Below are positions 18,503 through 27,659 of a DNA stretch of 62,945 nucleotides, one piece after another. Where the stretch lies: IMG/VR virus record IMGVR_UViG_3300034257_000004, positions 1 to 62,945 of that record; one strand, written 5' to 3'. Made by a program: the position numbers and the translations under genes. Under the pieces are notes generated by a model, which saw only the letters and a program-made list of their open reading frames with translations, was not told the origin of the DNA and did no database searches. This stretch comes from a virus. Lineage: Duplodnaviria > Caudoviricetes. Position 1 is the first letter of the stretch, and each line of letters starts with the position of its first letter.

Positions 18503-19248
18503 TAGAAGTGTTCTTCTTCTCCCCAGTTTTTCTTAGGATTATTGAACAAATCCATTTGGGTATCCTGCCCTTGCATCTTACCTTCCAGCCACTCAACCAT
18601 GAATGAATAGTAAGCCATAGCGTCTCCACAAGTGTCGATCAATGACTCAAACTTCGGTTCCTGTCCTTCTCTTATATTGCCAAGCACAGACCTGAACCGG
18701 AGCATCTTCTTGTTGAGCTCGTACTCAAGATCGTTCACCCCGTGTATAAAGTACTCACCCTTCATTACTCCACTGGAGTTATAGTCTACAGCTTTGTCCA
18801 ATATATGCTTCTTGATAGCCTTCATCATGAACAAGGCACAGTATGGAAACGACGGAGCCAGTTGCCCAGAACTCATCTCTAGTAGTCCTACATTGTCGTC
18901 GTGTCTCGGTGCTACCCAACCCTCAGGTTTCACTAAGTCTTGTCCATCGGATCCAGGACGAGTAGCGTTTGCGCCCGAGACCTTCTTCATGTTGGCCTCG
19001 AATACCCGGTCCCAGGCTCTTTGTCCGTCTACTTTTGCTAGATCCAACAAACCTATAGTCACCACCATAAGGTCTATCAGTCCGTCTACTATATCCTCTG
19101 GTCTACCCTCGTCCGCCGATGTTATAGTCTCTGTCAACTCTTCTAGACAGAAGGCAAGTCTGAACCCCAGGAAGTGTGGGTCCATCCTCTGCTCGTGCCC
19201 GTAGTGTTTGTGCATGTCTGCGATGTCTTTGAAAAGGTCCTTGCTCAT
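18502..19248 (-). CDS. MazG-like NTP pyrophosphohydrolase fused to a DUF1599/Nmad1-like domain
   Basis: EELTE..D.VDGLIDL..V..ANM.K..KPEGW; C-terminal K..DY...KKMLR...ESLIDT..D...Y. Confidence 0.75.
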   Translation of the reverse strand: MSKDLFKDIADMHKHYGHEQRMDPHFLGFRLAFCLEELTETITSADEGRPEDIVDGLIDLMVVTIGLLDLAKVDGQRAWDRVFEANMKKVSGANATRPGSDGQDLVKPEGWVAPRHDDNVGLLEMSSGQLAPSFPYCALFMMKAIKKHILDKAVDYNSSGVMKGEYFIHGVNDLEYELNKKMLRFRSVLGNIREGQEPKFESLIDTCGDAMAYYSFMVEWLEGKMQGQDTQMDLFNNPKKNWGEEEHF

Positions 19249-19607
19249 TTGGTCGCTCCCTTGTAATGTTTGAGGCAGGCCTCAAGGTTGTAGACTACTC
19301 TCTCCTCGTCGTCCTGCCAGAACATGCCATCAAGGTTACCCTTGTTCCTGTGCATATAGAGAGAGCTCCTAGATACGGATGTACCCTGTAATTCTAGCTT
19401 GGTCATAAGGTCCTTCTCGCTGACCAGCGTGATGCCCTGGAGATTGTGCTCCTGCACGTACCTAGCGTTGTTGAGCCTCAGAGCCTCGGTCAGAGCCTTA
19501 TCCAGGGACGTACCCCTCACGATCGACAGGTTGTTCATAGTATCTAGTGCCTCTAACGCCCTGTCGTCTGTGATGTTCCAGCGAAAGTTCTTCTTCACCT
19601 CTGCCAT
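19245..19607 (-). CDS. putative DNA-binding protein
   Basis: GGAGG RBS at ATG 19607; C-terminal wHTH-like VSRSSLYMHR. Confidence 0.65.
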   Translation of the reverse strand: MAEVKKNFRWNITDDRALEALDTMNNLSIVRGTSLDKALTEALRLNNARYVQEHNLQGITLVSEKDLMTKLELQGTSVSRSSLYMHRNKGNLDGMFWQDDEERVVYNLEACLKHYKGATK

Positions 19608-19676
19608 ACTGTTCCTCCGTGAACTGTATGTTAACACACATAGTGCCGCATCGTATACACTTATTTTGTTTTTTTG

Positions 19677-19705
19677 TGTACATACAGAACAAAACGGTGT
19701 ACACT
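19677..19705 (+). promoter_or_regulatory. promoter for the DNA polymerase, in a divergent AT-rich gap
   Basis: TGTACA-N17-TACACT. Confidence 0.5.
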
Positions 19706-19716
19706 GTCGTTCACTT

Positions 19717-21570
19717 ATGAAGCATAAACCCCAACTCTTCATGTCCAAGGAGGACTACCCGGGTCTACGGACAGACACATGGGTCGTCACCAACAGCCAG
19801 CTAGTGAAGGGCTGTTTGGAAAGAGTCACTGGGAAGTACGCCGGCGTAGACTCTGAGACTACCGGGCTAGACCCGCTCATGCCACCGGTGAGGACACGAC
19901 TCATACAGCTGTCGAATGGGATCAATACTGTACTGTTCGACTTAGACTGTCTCGGGGTACGAGCCAAGACTGCCATAGCGAGGTGGCTTGAGGATAGGAA
20001 CAGGGTCAAGATCATCCACAACGGGAAGTTCGACCTCAAGTTTCTCATACACGATCTATCGGTAGGAGATGTTGGACCGCTATTCGACACGCTAATAGCC
20101 TCGCAGCTGTTGACTCTAGGAGACCGTACCATCAGACACAAGCTAGAGGCGGTAGCTCAAAGGATGGGCATAGAAGTCGACAAGGAGTATCAGCGGTCGG
20201 ACTGGTCAGGACCCCTGTCTATAGGACAACTGATATACGCATCGAACGATGCCTCGGTTCTATTACCTATCAGGGAGCGACAAGTGGCGGAGTGTAAGAA
20301 GAACGGACTGGTGAAGGCCTTCCAGCTCGAGTTCGAGGCTGTGCAGCCCACGGCACAGATGGAGCTGAACGGTATGCTGCTGGACAGGAAGAAGTGGATG
20401 AGACTTCTCAAGGACTCCCAGGAGCGATGTCAAGAGGTAGAGGAACAACTGTTCCAGCACCTGAAGCCTAGGGCCGGCGATACCCTGCCTATGTTCGAGG
20501 GTATAGGAGTATTCAACCTGAACAGTAATGACGAGCTCAAGTTAAGGCTCAAGGAGATAGGAGTCAAGCTGCCTACTGTCTTGGACGACGAGACAGGTCT
20601 GGAGAAGGATACCACGCTGCTCGACAAGATGGCCCAGATAGCAGACACACACCCTGTTATCAAGTTGGTCATAGAGCACAGGATACTTCGTAAACGAATA
20701 ACGAGCTACGGCCTCAAGTTTCTCAGGCACATTAACCCGTACGACGGACGGGCACACCCAGACTTCAAGCAAATAGGTACGGTCACTGGACGGTACACCG
20801 CGAAGGAACCACCGCTTCACGGTATACCTAAGCGCTCCGACCATCGAGAGTGCCTCGTTGCACCGGAGGGATACAAGCTGGTATGGGGAGACTACTCACA
20901 AATCGAGCTGAGGATACTCGCCGAGCTCTGCAAGGACGAGAACGTCCTAGAAGCATTCGCGTCGGGCAAAGACTTCCACGAGCACACGGCCAGCCAAGTC
21001 TTCGGTGTAAGGATGGACTTGGTTCAGGACGTACAGCGCAGAAGAGCTAAGGATCTGAACTTCGGAGAGGTGTACGGGGTCGGCGATAAACGGTTCGGTG
21101 AGAGAGCGGGTATAGGACAAGATGAGGTCAAACGTATAAGAGCAGCGTACGCCAAAGCCTATCCTCAGCAGAACAAATACCTCACCAATGTTGCACAGAA
21201 CGCCGTGGTACAAGGATATTGCAGAACAATGTCCGGGAAGATCATCTGGTTCCAAGTGAACAGGAACGATAAGCAGCAGGTGGCAGCGGTAGGGAGACAC
21301 GGCAAGAACTACCCGATACAGGGAAGTTCAGCGGACATCACCAAGAGAGCTATGCGGTTGGTCCACGACGCGATACAGGGCAAGGACATCCTCTTAGTAC
21401 ACTGCGCACATGACGAGCTGGTTCTACAGGTAAGAGACGACCTAGTACACGAGGCCACGGTCCTGCTGAAGACCTGCATGGTACAGGCCGGCGAAGAGTA
21501 CCTGAAGATCGTCAAGGTGGTAGTAGATACACAGTTCAACCAGTTCTGGGCCAAGGTGAAAGAGGACTGA
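19717..21570 (+). CDS. polA: family A DNA polymerase with 3'-5' exonuclease (start 19717 or 19741)
   Basis: Exo DSETTG, HNGKFD, YASND; motif A DYSQIELR, motif B RRRAKDLNFGEVYG (Phe762 type), motif C HDEL. Confidence 0.95.
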   Translation: MKHKPQLFMSKEDYPGLRTDTWVVTNSQLVKGCLERVTGKYAGVDSETTGLDPLMPPVRTRLIQLSNGINTVLFDLDCLGVRAKTAIARWLEDRNRVKIIHNGKFDLKFLIHDLSVGDVGPLFDTLIASQLLTLGDRTIRHKLEAVAQRMGIEVDKEYQRSDWSGPLSIGQLIYASNDASVLLPIRERQVAECKKNGLVKAFQLEFEAVQPTAQMELNGMLLDRKKWMRLLKDSQERCQEVEEQLFQHLKPRAGDTLPMFEGIGVFNLNSNDELKLRLKEIGVKLPTVLDDETGLEKDTTLLDKMAQIADTHPVIKLVIEHRILRKRITSYGLKFLRHINPYDGRAHPDFKQIGTVTGRYTAKEPPLHGIPKRSDHRECLVAPEGYKLVWGDYSQIELRILAELCKDENVLEAFASGKDFHEHTASQVFGVRMDLVQDVQRRRAKDLNFGEVYGVGDKRFGERAGIGQDEVKRIRAAYAKAYPQQNKYLTNVAQNAVVQGYCRTMSGKIIWFQVNRNDKQQVAAVGRHGKNYPIQGSSADITKRAMRLVHDAIQGKDILLVHCAHDELVLQVRDDLVHEATVLLKTCMVQAGEEYLKIVKVVVDTQFNQFWAKVKED

Positions 21571-21851
21571 TGAAGATACCTCGAGACATACAGGTCATGA
21601 AGGTAGCATGTGAGACCTGTCCGTTCGAAGGAGCGCACCCAAATCTATTGGAGCAGGACGTGCTACTAGAGTATACCCTGAAGATAGTCAATCTAGAATC
21701 CCAACATCTCTGTCATACAGTAGATAACAAGAAGGTATGCAGGGGTGGAAGGAATATCATGCTCCGTGTCATGTGTGCTAAGGGTCTACTGACCCAGCCG
21801 ACTGATGAGTGCTTCGACGAGACACGGGCTAAGTATTTACCAAAGGAATAG
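21570..21851 (+). CDS. Cys/His-rich hypothetical protein
   Basis: CETCPF...HLCH...CRG. Confidence 0.7.
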   Translation: MKIPRDIQVMKVACETCPFEGAHPNLLEQDVLLEYTLKIVNLESQHLCHTVDNKKVCRGGRNIMLRVMCAKGLLTQPTDECFDETRAKYLPKE

Positions 21852-21856
21852 AAGAT

Positions 21857-22258
21857 ATGAACCTTGTATATAGACACTCTGGTAAACCACCTGAGACACC
21901 AATAATTCATGGAAGGGCCTCTACCTATACTAACCTTGGATGTAGATGTGGACCATGCACCCAAGCTGTCCGTGATTATAATAAAAAGAGTGGTAGATCT
22001 AGAATAGCTAGCAGAAAACTAAGTGGTTGTGAAGAAGTATCAGAAGAGTTTTGTGTAAACCTGTTCAATAAGCAAGGCGGTAAGTGCGCAATCTGTAAAA
22101 GAGAATTGGTATGGCCAGATAAGAACACAAACGTCGACCATGACCATTCGACAGGGAAGATCAGAGGCATTCTTTGTGGGAAGTGTAACAGAGGACTAGG
22201 GTCATTTCAAGATGACGCTTCGATACTTCGTCGAGCTGTAAAGTATCTTTCGAACTAA
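21857..22258 (+). CDS. endonuclease VII-family protein
   Basis: QGGKCAIC...VDHDHSTGKIRGILCGKCNRGLG. Confidence 0.9.
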   Translation: MNLVYRHSGKPPETPIIHGRASTYTNLGCRCGPCTQAVRDYNKKSGRSRIASRKLSGCEEVSEEFCVNLFNKQGGKCAICKRELVWPDKNTNVDHDHSTGKIRGILCGKCNRGLGSFQDDASILRRAVKYLSN

Positions 22259-22260
22259 GG

Positions 22261-22289
22261 TTTACATTTAGTTCGACTAAGTGTATAAT
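22261..22289 (+). promoter_or_regulatory. sigma70-like promoter
   Basis: TTTACA-N17-TATAAT. Confidence 0.8.
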
Positions 22290-22331
22290 GAACGCGGCCT
22301 TGGCCGAACCCGACAGAAAGGACATAAGAAT

Positions 22332-22619
22332 ATGACCGGCGAGAAGCTAACCATGAAGCGTACCCACAGGCATACCGTAGAGGTTACCGGACCTTGCCCC
22401 TTCCCGGTAGACATGCTGCGGTACGACGGGTGCTGGCCCGCAGAAGAGCGTGACTCAAATACCATAGCTCGTACACTCAACCCTATGGAGGACAACTGGA
22501 ACGTGCCGTACACGGTGCGTCTTGTGAAGTTCGACACAGCGAAACCTACCTGGGGTACAGCACGCTGGGAGAGCTTCAAGGCAGAGCTTAAGGAGGTAGA
22601 CTTCTATGAACCCAAGTAA
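22332..22619 (+). CDS. hypothetical protein
   Basis: FPVDMLRYD.CWP motif; GAAAGGA RBS. Confidence 0.75.
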   Translation: MTGEKLTMKRTHRHTVEVTGPCPFPVDMLRYDGCWPAEERDSNTIARTLNPMEDNWNVPYTVRLVKFDTAKPTWGTARWESFKAELKEVDFYEPK

Positions 22620-23013
22620 CGAACCATTCAAAACCTTCGGACAAGAACCCGTAGACTACGTGTACTCCTTCAAAGGTCTAGGCAACTTCCCGTCTAAGTG
22701 TCGGATCCGTATATTTAAGAGTAAGAAGGAACATTTCAAGGACGCGGTAGTTGTGGTAGCCACGGAGTTGAAGGAAAACCCAGGCACCTCCGTCACTAAC
22801 TTCGCGGAGCAGCTAGCTACACTGGTAGCTGCTCGTCACAGGATAGACCTGTACAAGTTGGTATGGGTAGAACACTACCGCCCTAACGAACGCGACGAAT
22901 CGTTCGATAGGGTAACCTTCAATCTAAGACCGGACGGTAAGACGCTGTACGAGGCAAAGTGGAACGAGCTGACCAGGACCAAGGTACAGGAAATAGTAGA
23001 GGGCTCGCTGTGA
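22606..23013 (+). CDS. hypothetical protein
   Basis: ATEL.ENPGTSVTN.AE...WVEHY; AAGGAGG RBS. Confidence 0.8.
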   Translation: MNPSNEPFKTFGQEPVDYVYSFKGLGNFPSKCRIRIFKSKKEHFKDAVVVVATELKENPGTSVTNFAEQLATLVAARHRIDLYKLVWVEHYRPNERDESFDRVTFNLRPDGKTLYEAKWNELTRTKVQEIVEGSL

Positions 23014-23456
23014 CCGACCAACAGGAGTGGCCCTACGATCGTCAGGAACGACACGCCCTGTGGAAGACCATGAACATGGCTACGCTGAGGTCCAGCGGGC
23101 TGACGTTCAGGGAGACCAACAACGGCGAGACGATCCTTTTCAGAGAGAAGTCTAAGCCTATGGTAGACTTCTTCCCTTCAACCGGACGGTGGCGGATAGT
23201 AGGTCGTCACCCCAAAACCTTCCGCGGAGGAGCCAGAGCGTTCCTGCCGTGGTATAAGAAACAAGGAGCAACACCTATGAGTACCAAGAAACCGGGCACT
23301 CAGGAAGAGACAGCCCACACAGAGAACGTACCGGACGGTACACAACAAGACCAGGGACAACCGCCAGTACAAACCGATCAAACGGCTGAGCGTAAGCCGG
23401 ATCGGTTAGAAGAACGGCCTTGGCACGAGCGCACGGACGCAACAACTAAGGAGTAA
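23010..23456 (+). CDS. hypothetical protein
   Basis: GTGA overlap; VDFFPSTGRW; possible internal start at 23277. Confidence 0.65.
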   Translation: MTDQQEWPYDRQERHALWKTMNMATLRSSGLTFRETNNGETILFREKSKPMVDFFPSTGRWRIVGRHPKTFRGGARAFLPWYKKQGATPMSTKKPGTQEETAHTENVPDGTQQDQGQPPVQTDQTAERKPDRLEERPWHERTDATTKE

Positions 23457-23512
23457 CAAGGGGAGGCACGGGGCGAGCCCTAGTCGCCCCCTCAACCAAG
23501 GAGCTTAACACG

Positions 23513-23932
23513 ATGAGATGCCCAGACTGTCGAAAGTTCACCGGGTTCAATACGGAGACCGACCCCGACGTGAACGATTTAGAGGTCGCGGATGATAAGG
23601 TAACCGCGACAGTAGAGATAAAGAACACGTGCTCGGAGTGCGACATGGACCTCAAGACCGCGTCGCTCGAGGTCAGCACTGACCTGACGGACAAGGAGAA
23701 CGTGGAGTGGGAGAAAGACCAGAACCTCGAAGACCATGCGGGTCATACGTTGAGCGTGGAAGAGGGCGACCTCACACGTACCGAGAATACTGTAGGCGCT
23801 GGACGTGCGGCCAAGAAGTTCTATGGAGCCGAGGTAGAGGTAGCGCTATCATGCGGAGACTGTGACGACGTCAAGCTGGCGACCGTTACCCTCAAGGGAG
23901 AGGTACAGGCGTCTGCTATGGAGGACGTGTAG
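23513..23932 (+). CDS. acidic Zn-ribbon protein
   Basis: CPDC, CSEC, CGDC; AAGGAG RBS. Confidence 0.75.
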   Translation: MRCPDCRKFTGFNTETDPDVNDLEVADDKVTATVEIKNTCSECDMDLKTASLEVSTDLTDKENVEWEKDQNLEDHAGHTLSVEEGDLTRTENTVGAGRAAKKFYGAEVEVALSCGDCDDVKLATVTLKGEVQASAMEDV

Positions 23933-23934
23933 CC

Positions 23935-24147
23935 ATGGGCCTCATAGTCAGCCCAGTACCATTCATAGTGGTGTTAGCCCTGCTGGAGGTAGGGCTGACA
24001 CTCTTCTTCGGGTATGCTACCAAGGTTCTACATGACGAGGGTGACAAGGCCAGGACCACCGGTACATTCGTTATTACAGGAGTTATGGTGCTGATACTTC
24101 TGTTCTCCTTCTTATGTATCTATAGTTACGCTGGAGCATGCCCATGA
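23935..24147 (+). CDS. small membrane protein (2 TM)
   Basis: Two hydrophobic stretches. Confidence 0.7.
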   Translation: MGLIVSPVPFIVVLALLEVGLTLFFGYATKVLHDEGDKARTTGTFVITGVMVLILLFSFLCIYSYAGACP

Positions 24148-25130
24148 GAGAAGAGTTCTACCACTGCTACAAGCCACACAGGTTCACACCTGGAGTCAAG
24201 TCTATAATAGACCAGGCGAACCTGTACATAGAGGAGTACCAGAAGAAGGGCTACACATTGATCCTCAGACAGCTGTACTACAGGTTCATAGCCAAGGACT
24301 CCTTCCCTAACTCATGGATAGACCGTCAGTATAACCTGAGACACGGTCTCGACCCTAACACCAAGAACACTCTAAAGAACTACAAGAGGTTGGGGGACAT
24401 GATAAACCACGGTCGTGAGGCCGGACTGATAAGCTGGACAGCGTTCGAGGACCGTAACAGAACACTATACGGTACCAACCCAGTAGAGAACCCCGAGGAC
24501 CTGTTGGAGTTCCTAGAACACAGATTAGTGCTGGACTGTTGGAGGGAGCAGCCCAACTACGTAGAGGTCTATGTGGAGAAAGACTCGCTGGGGCAGATAG
24601 TAGGTAGACCGGCGGATCTATGGCGTGTACCACACATGGCCTGCAAAGGTTACCTATCAGCCAGTCAGGCCTGGAAGGCAGGACTACGATTCAGGAAGGC
24701 TATAGATAACGGCAAGAAGGTCACACTGATTCACCTAGGAGACCACGACCCTAGCGGACAGGATATGACACGTGACAACCACAAGCGGCTCAACATGTTC
24801 GCTGAAGCAGGCGTAGCCATAGACAGGATAGCTCTGAACATGGACCAGATAAAGGCACGTAACCCACCGCCTAACCCGGCTAAGGTGACGGACTCTAGGT
24901 TCGCGACATACGTATCCGAGTATGGTACCGACTGCTGGGAGCTAGATGCTTTAGAGCCACAGGAGCTCTACGATATAATCTACGACACGGTCGAATCCTA
25001 CGTGGACAAGAAGTTATGGGACAAGACTATGAAGAAAGAACGTAAGGAGCGCAAACGGGTGAAGACCTTCCTAGATGGTGTTAGAACCAACTGGGATAAA
25101 GTCGACAAGTTCCTTAAAACAATAGACTAA
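24138..25130 (+). CDS. Topo VI-A/Spo11-like wHTH + Toprim protein
   Basis: LRQLYY, VYVEKD, HLGDHDPSG (DxD), WELDAL. Confidence 0.75.
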   Translation: MPMREEFYHCYKPHRFTPGVKSIIDQANLYIEEYQKKGYTLILRQLYYRFIAKDSFPNSWIDRQYNLRHGLDPNTKNTLKNYKRLGDMINHGREAGLISWTAFEDRNRTLYGTNPVENPEDLLEFLEHRLVLDCWREQPNYVEVYVEKDSLGQIVGRPADLWRVPHMACKGYLSASQAWKAGLRFRKAIDNGKKVTLIHLGDHDPSGQDMTRDNHKRLNMFAEAGVAIDRIALNMDQIKARNPPPNPAKVTDSRFATYVSEYGTDCWELDALEPQELYDIIYDTVESYVDKKLWDKTMKKERKERKRVKTFLDGVRTNWDKVDKFLKTID

Positions 25131-25147
25131 CTGGAGAAAGTAACACC

Positions 25148-26155
25148 ATGGCCAAAGAACCAACCGATAAAGTGAAAGTGGTACACGGAGAGATGGTAGG
25201 CAAGGAAGGTCAGGCGCTGGAGAAGGTAGGACGAAAGAAACCACTAGCTAAGACCCAACCAGTCTCTACTAAGGGTACCGACGAGTACCTACAACTCATC
25301 ATAGACGCCGCTAGAGATCCTAGCGTAGACGTTGAAAAGCTGAAGACCCTGCTCGAGATGAAAGAGCGTATGCTCATGAAGGTAGCCGAGGGGGAGTACA
25401 ACCAGGCTATGTCTATAGCACAGGGTGAAATGACCAGGGTTGGCCGAGACGCTAAGAATCCACAGACTCAGAGTAGATATGCGTCGTACGCTGCTCTGGA
25501 CAAGGTCCTACGACCCATCTACACCAAGCACGGCTTCTCACTCAGCTTCGACACGGCAGAGAGCCCGTTGCCAGAGCACGTTAGGATACTCTGTGACGTA
25601 GCACACAAGGCTGGTTTCAAGAGTACTAAGCACATAGACATGCCGAACGATGGCAAGGGAGCCAAGGGCGGCGATGTCATGACCAAGACCCATGCTACCG
25701 GTGCAGGGGTAACCTACGGCATGCGCTACCTGCTTAAGATGATCTTCAACGTAGCGATCGGTGAGGACGACACGGACGGCAACAGGCCTACAGGTGGCGG
25801 TGGTCAGGACCACAGATACCCGTCCAAGGGCAACGAGGACGTACGGGCTCCACAGTCTAAGTCGGAACGAGCAGCAGCTACTAACAAACCTGCTGATACT
25901 GCTACACAGAGCAGCAGCAAACCTGCTACTACGGAGAAGGTAGCACAGACCACGAGACCTACGGGTGGTATAGAACCCGCACCGGACGCTGTCTCCAGGG
26001 TAACTGCGTCGAACGTCAAGACTCTCAAGTCCCTGATGACTCGAGCCGGTATAACTGAGGACGAGTTCGACTCCAAGTTCGGGTTCAAGATAGAATACCT
26101 CGATAAGAAAGACCTAGGGCCGGTCGCAGACTGGATAAAAGAGAATGGCAAGTAA
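25148..26155 (+). CDS. ERF-family single-strand annealing protein
   Basis: N....SRYASY..LD..LRPI..KHGFSLSF...H.AG...G..VTYG.RY...IFN...EDDTDG. Confidence 0.88.
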   Translation: MAKEPTDKVKVVHGEMVGKEGQALEKVGRKKPLAKTQPVSTKGTDEYLQLIIDAARDPSVDVEKLKTLLEMKERMLMKVAEGEYNQAMSIAQGEMTRVGRDAKNPQTQSRYASYAALDKVLRPIYTKHGFSLSFDTAESPLPEHVRILCDVAHKAGFKSTKHIDMPNDGKGAKGGDVMTKTHATGAGVTYGMRYLLKMIFNVAIGEDDTDGNRPTGGGGQDHRYPSKGNEDVRAPQSKSERAAATNKPADTATQSSSKPATTEKVAQTTRPTGGIEPAPDAVSRVTASNVKTLKSLMTRAGITEDEFDSKFGFKIEYLDKKDLGPVADWIKENGK

Positions 26156-26375
26156 AACCAAGTACGAGTTCATCGTGTTCGTACGGCCGGAAAACGACGA
26201 CCTAGTCGTGATAATAGCTGCCGGGCATAAAAACAAGGAGACCATGACTGAGGCCTGGAGGATCGCCTCCATGATGCTGAAGAACGGTCAGGTCTCAGGG
26301 TTCATGGCCACCGACGTCAAGACAGGTGAAATCATGGGAGAGAAGGGAGAGACCGAGTGGACTTCGAAGAGCTAG
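26145..26375 (+). CDS. hypothetical protein
   Basis: Operon overlap. Confidence 0.6.
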   Translation: MASKTKYEFIVFVRPENDDLVVIIAAGHKNKETMTEAWRIASMMLKNGQVSGFMATDVKTGEIMGEKGETEWTSKS

Positions 26376-26995
26376 AGCTAGAGTTCGACCCGGACACACA
26401 CACGTATGTATGGAACGGCGCCAAGAGACCGTCGTGTACCGAGGTACTCACCCTAGCACGTAAGCCACTAGATAGGATACCCAAGGATGTACTCGACAGA
26501 GCAACTGAGCGTGGCAAGTCCGTACACCACGCAGTACATCTACACACTATCAAGGACCTGTACAAGCCATCTATGACACAGGCCATCAGGCTTAGGATCA
26601 AGTGGTGGGAGTGGTTTCTAAAGGAGTACAACGTCAAGCCTATACCTTCCAAGCAGCTGAAGGGCGGGTTTATATCGGAGGTTCCACTGGTACATCCTAT
26701 CTTCGGGTTCGGCGTCACACCCGACTTAGGCGCCGCTATGGTTCTCGACGTACCGTCGGTGGTAGAGGTCAAGGCCGTGTCCGTGCTGAACGACTCCACG
26801 GCTTTACAGACCGCAGCACAGCTCAAAACGGTTCAGCACATATTCCCAGAACTAGAGGTACAGGACAGATATGTCGTACAGCTGTTCCCAGATAAGAGAC
26901 CGAACGTAGAGTGTTACAGAGACAGCACTGACTGGGCTACGTACCTGTCTTTCATGAATGTCTTCAACTGGAGAAGAAGTCACAAGGTAGACTGA
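26357..26995 (+). CDS. PD-(D/E)XK exonuclease-like protein
   Basis: FDPDTHTY..G...PSCT.VL, RG..VH, SE, TPD, VEVK, LQ.A; next to ERF. Confidence 0.8.
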   Translation: MDFEELELEFDPDTHTYVWNGAKRPSCTEVLTLARKPLDRIPKDVLDRATERGKSVHHAVHLHTIKDLYKPSMTQAIRLRIKWWEWFLKEYNVKPIPSKQLKGGFISEVPLVHPIFGFGVTPDLGAAMVLDVPSVVEVKAVSVLNDSTALQTAAQLKTVQHIFPELEVQDRYVVQLFPDKRPNVECYRDSTDWATYLSFMNVFNWRRSHKVD

Positions 26996-27006
26996 AGGAG
27001 AACTGT

Positions 27007-27183
27007 ATGCGGCTTACCAAGGTACTACGTGTATGGAGAAGAGCTAGCGACCAGGACCTACGCGAGACAGCCAAGATGTTCGGTATATCGTCCGCTACTC
27101 TGTGTCGCTTGGAGAAGCGAGGTAGCATGGACGGCAAGACGTTGGCGAAGATACTTATATGGTTACTAGGAGAGGACAAATGA
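27007..27183 (+). CDS. XRE/Cro-type HTH protein (58 aa, not in the ORF track)
   Basis: Hand-translated MRLTKVLRVWRRASDQDLRETAKMFGISSATLCRLEKRG...; AAGGAG RBS. Confidence 0.8.
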   Translation: MRLTKVLRVWRRASDQDLRETAKMFGISSATLCRLEKRGSMDGKTLAKILIWLLGEDK

Positions 27184-27647
27184 TGTCACAACAAGTAGAC
27201 CCAGAAGTGGTGCGTTTTCTACACATACTGGCCCAGCTGGCCAACCACCATCCGAAGTTCGAACGATACATAGATAAGTTCGCTAGAACGTTTCTGATAG
27301 AACACTGCAAGGAAGGGATCGAGTCCTATGGGGACGAGGAACAGTTCGCGGACTACTTCGCTACCTCTCCACAGGTAAACACAGCACCGCCAGACCAGTA
27401 CGAGGTAGACAGGTTCGCCGACGATGTGAACTCCGTCACCCAAGTCTACCCCCAGTTTGTACGACGTATAGCTCTGTGGTTCTACGAGATAGGCAAGATA
27501 CTTTACCCACGGTGTGACGACCCAAAGTGTTTGTTCTGTTCGTGTAAGGATGCGGAAGAGTACGCCGACATAGCAGAGGCCGCAGCCAAAGAATTGACGC
27601 GTGTAACGGCTCAGGATAAGATGAGAAGTAACGCCCACAACAACTAA
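27180..27647 (+). CDS. hypothetical protein
   Basis: ATGA overlap, GAGG RBS. Confidence 0.7.
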   Translation: MMSQQVDPEVVRFLHILAQLANHHPKFERYIDKFARTFLIEHCKEGIESYGDEEQFADYFATSPQVNTAPPDQYEVDRFADDVNSVTQVYPQFVRRIALWFYEIGKILYPRCDDPKCLFCSCKDAEEYADIAEAAAKELTRVTAQDKMRSNAHNN

Positions 27648-27659
27648 CGAAGGAGTGAC

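Noticed and set aside
19399-19716. N-terminal extension of the DNA polymerase in the ORF track
   Set aside because: It overlaps the opposite-strand gene and the divergent promoter gap; the real start is 19717 or 19741
27007-27183. CI repressor or lysogeny module
   Set aside because: Small HTH inside a recombination operon; no integrase, peptidase domain or divergent switch
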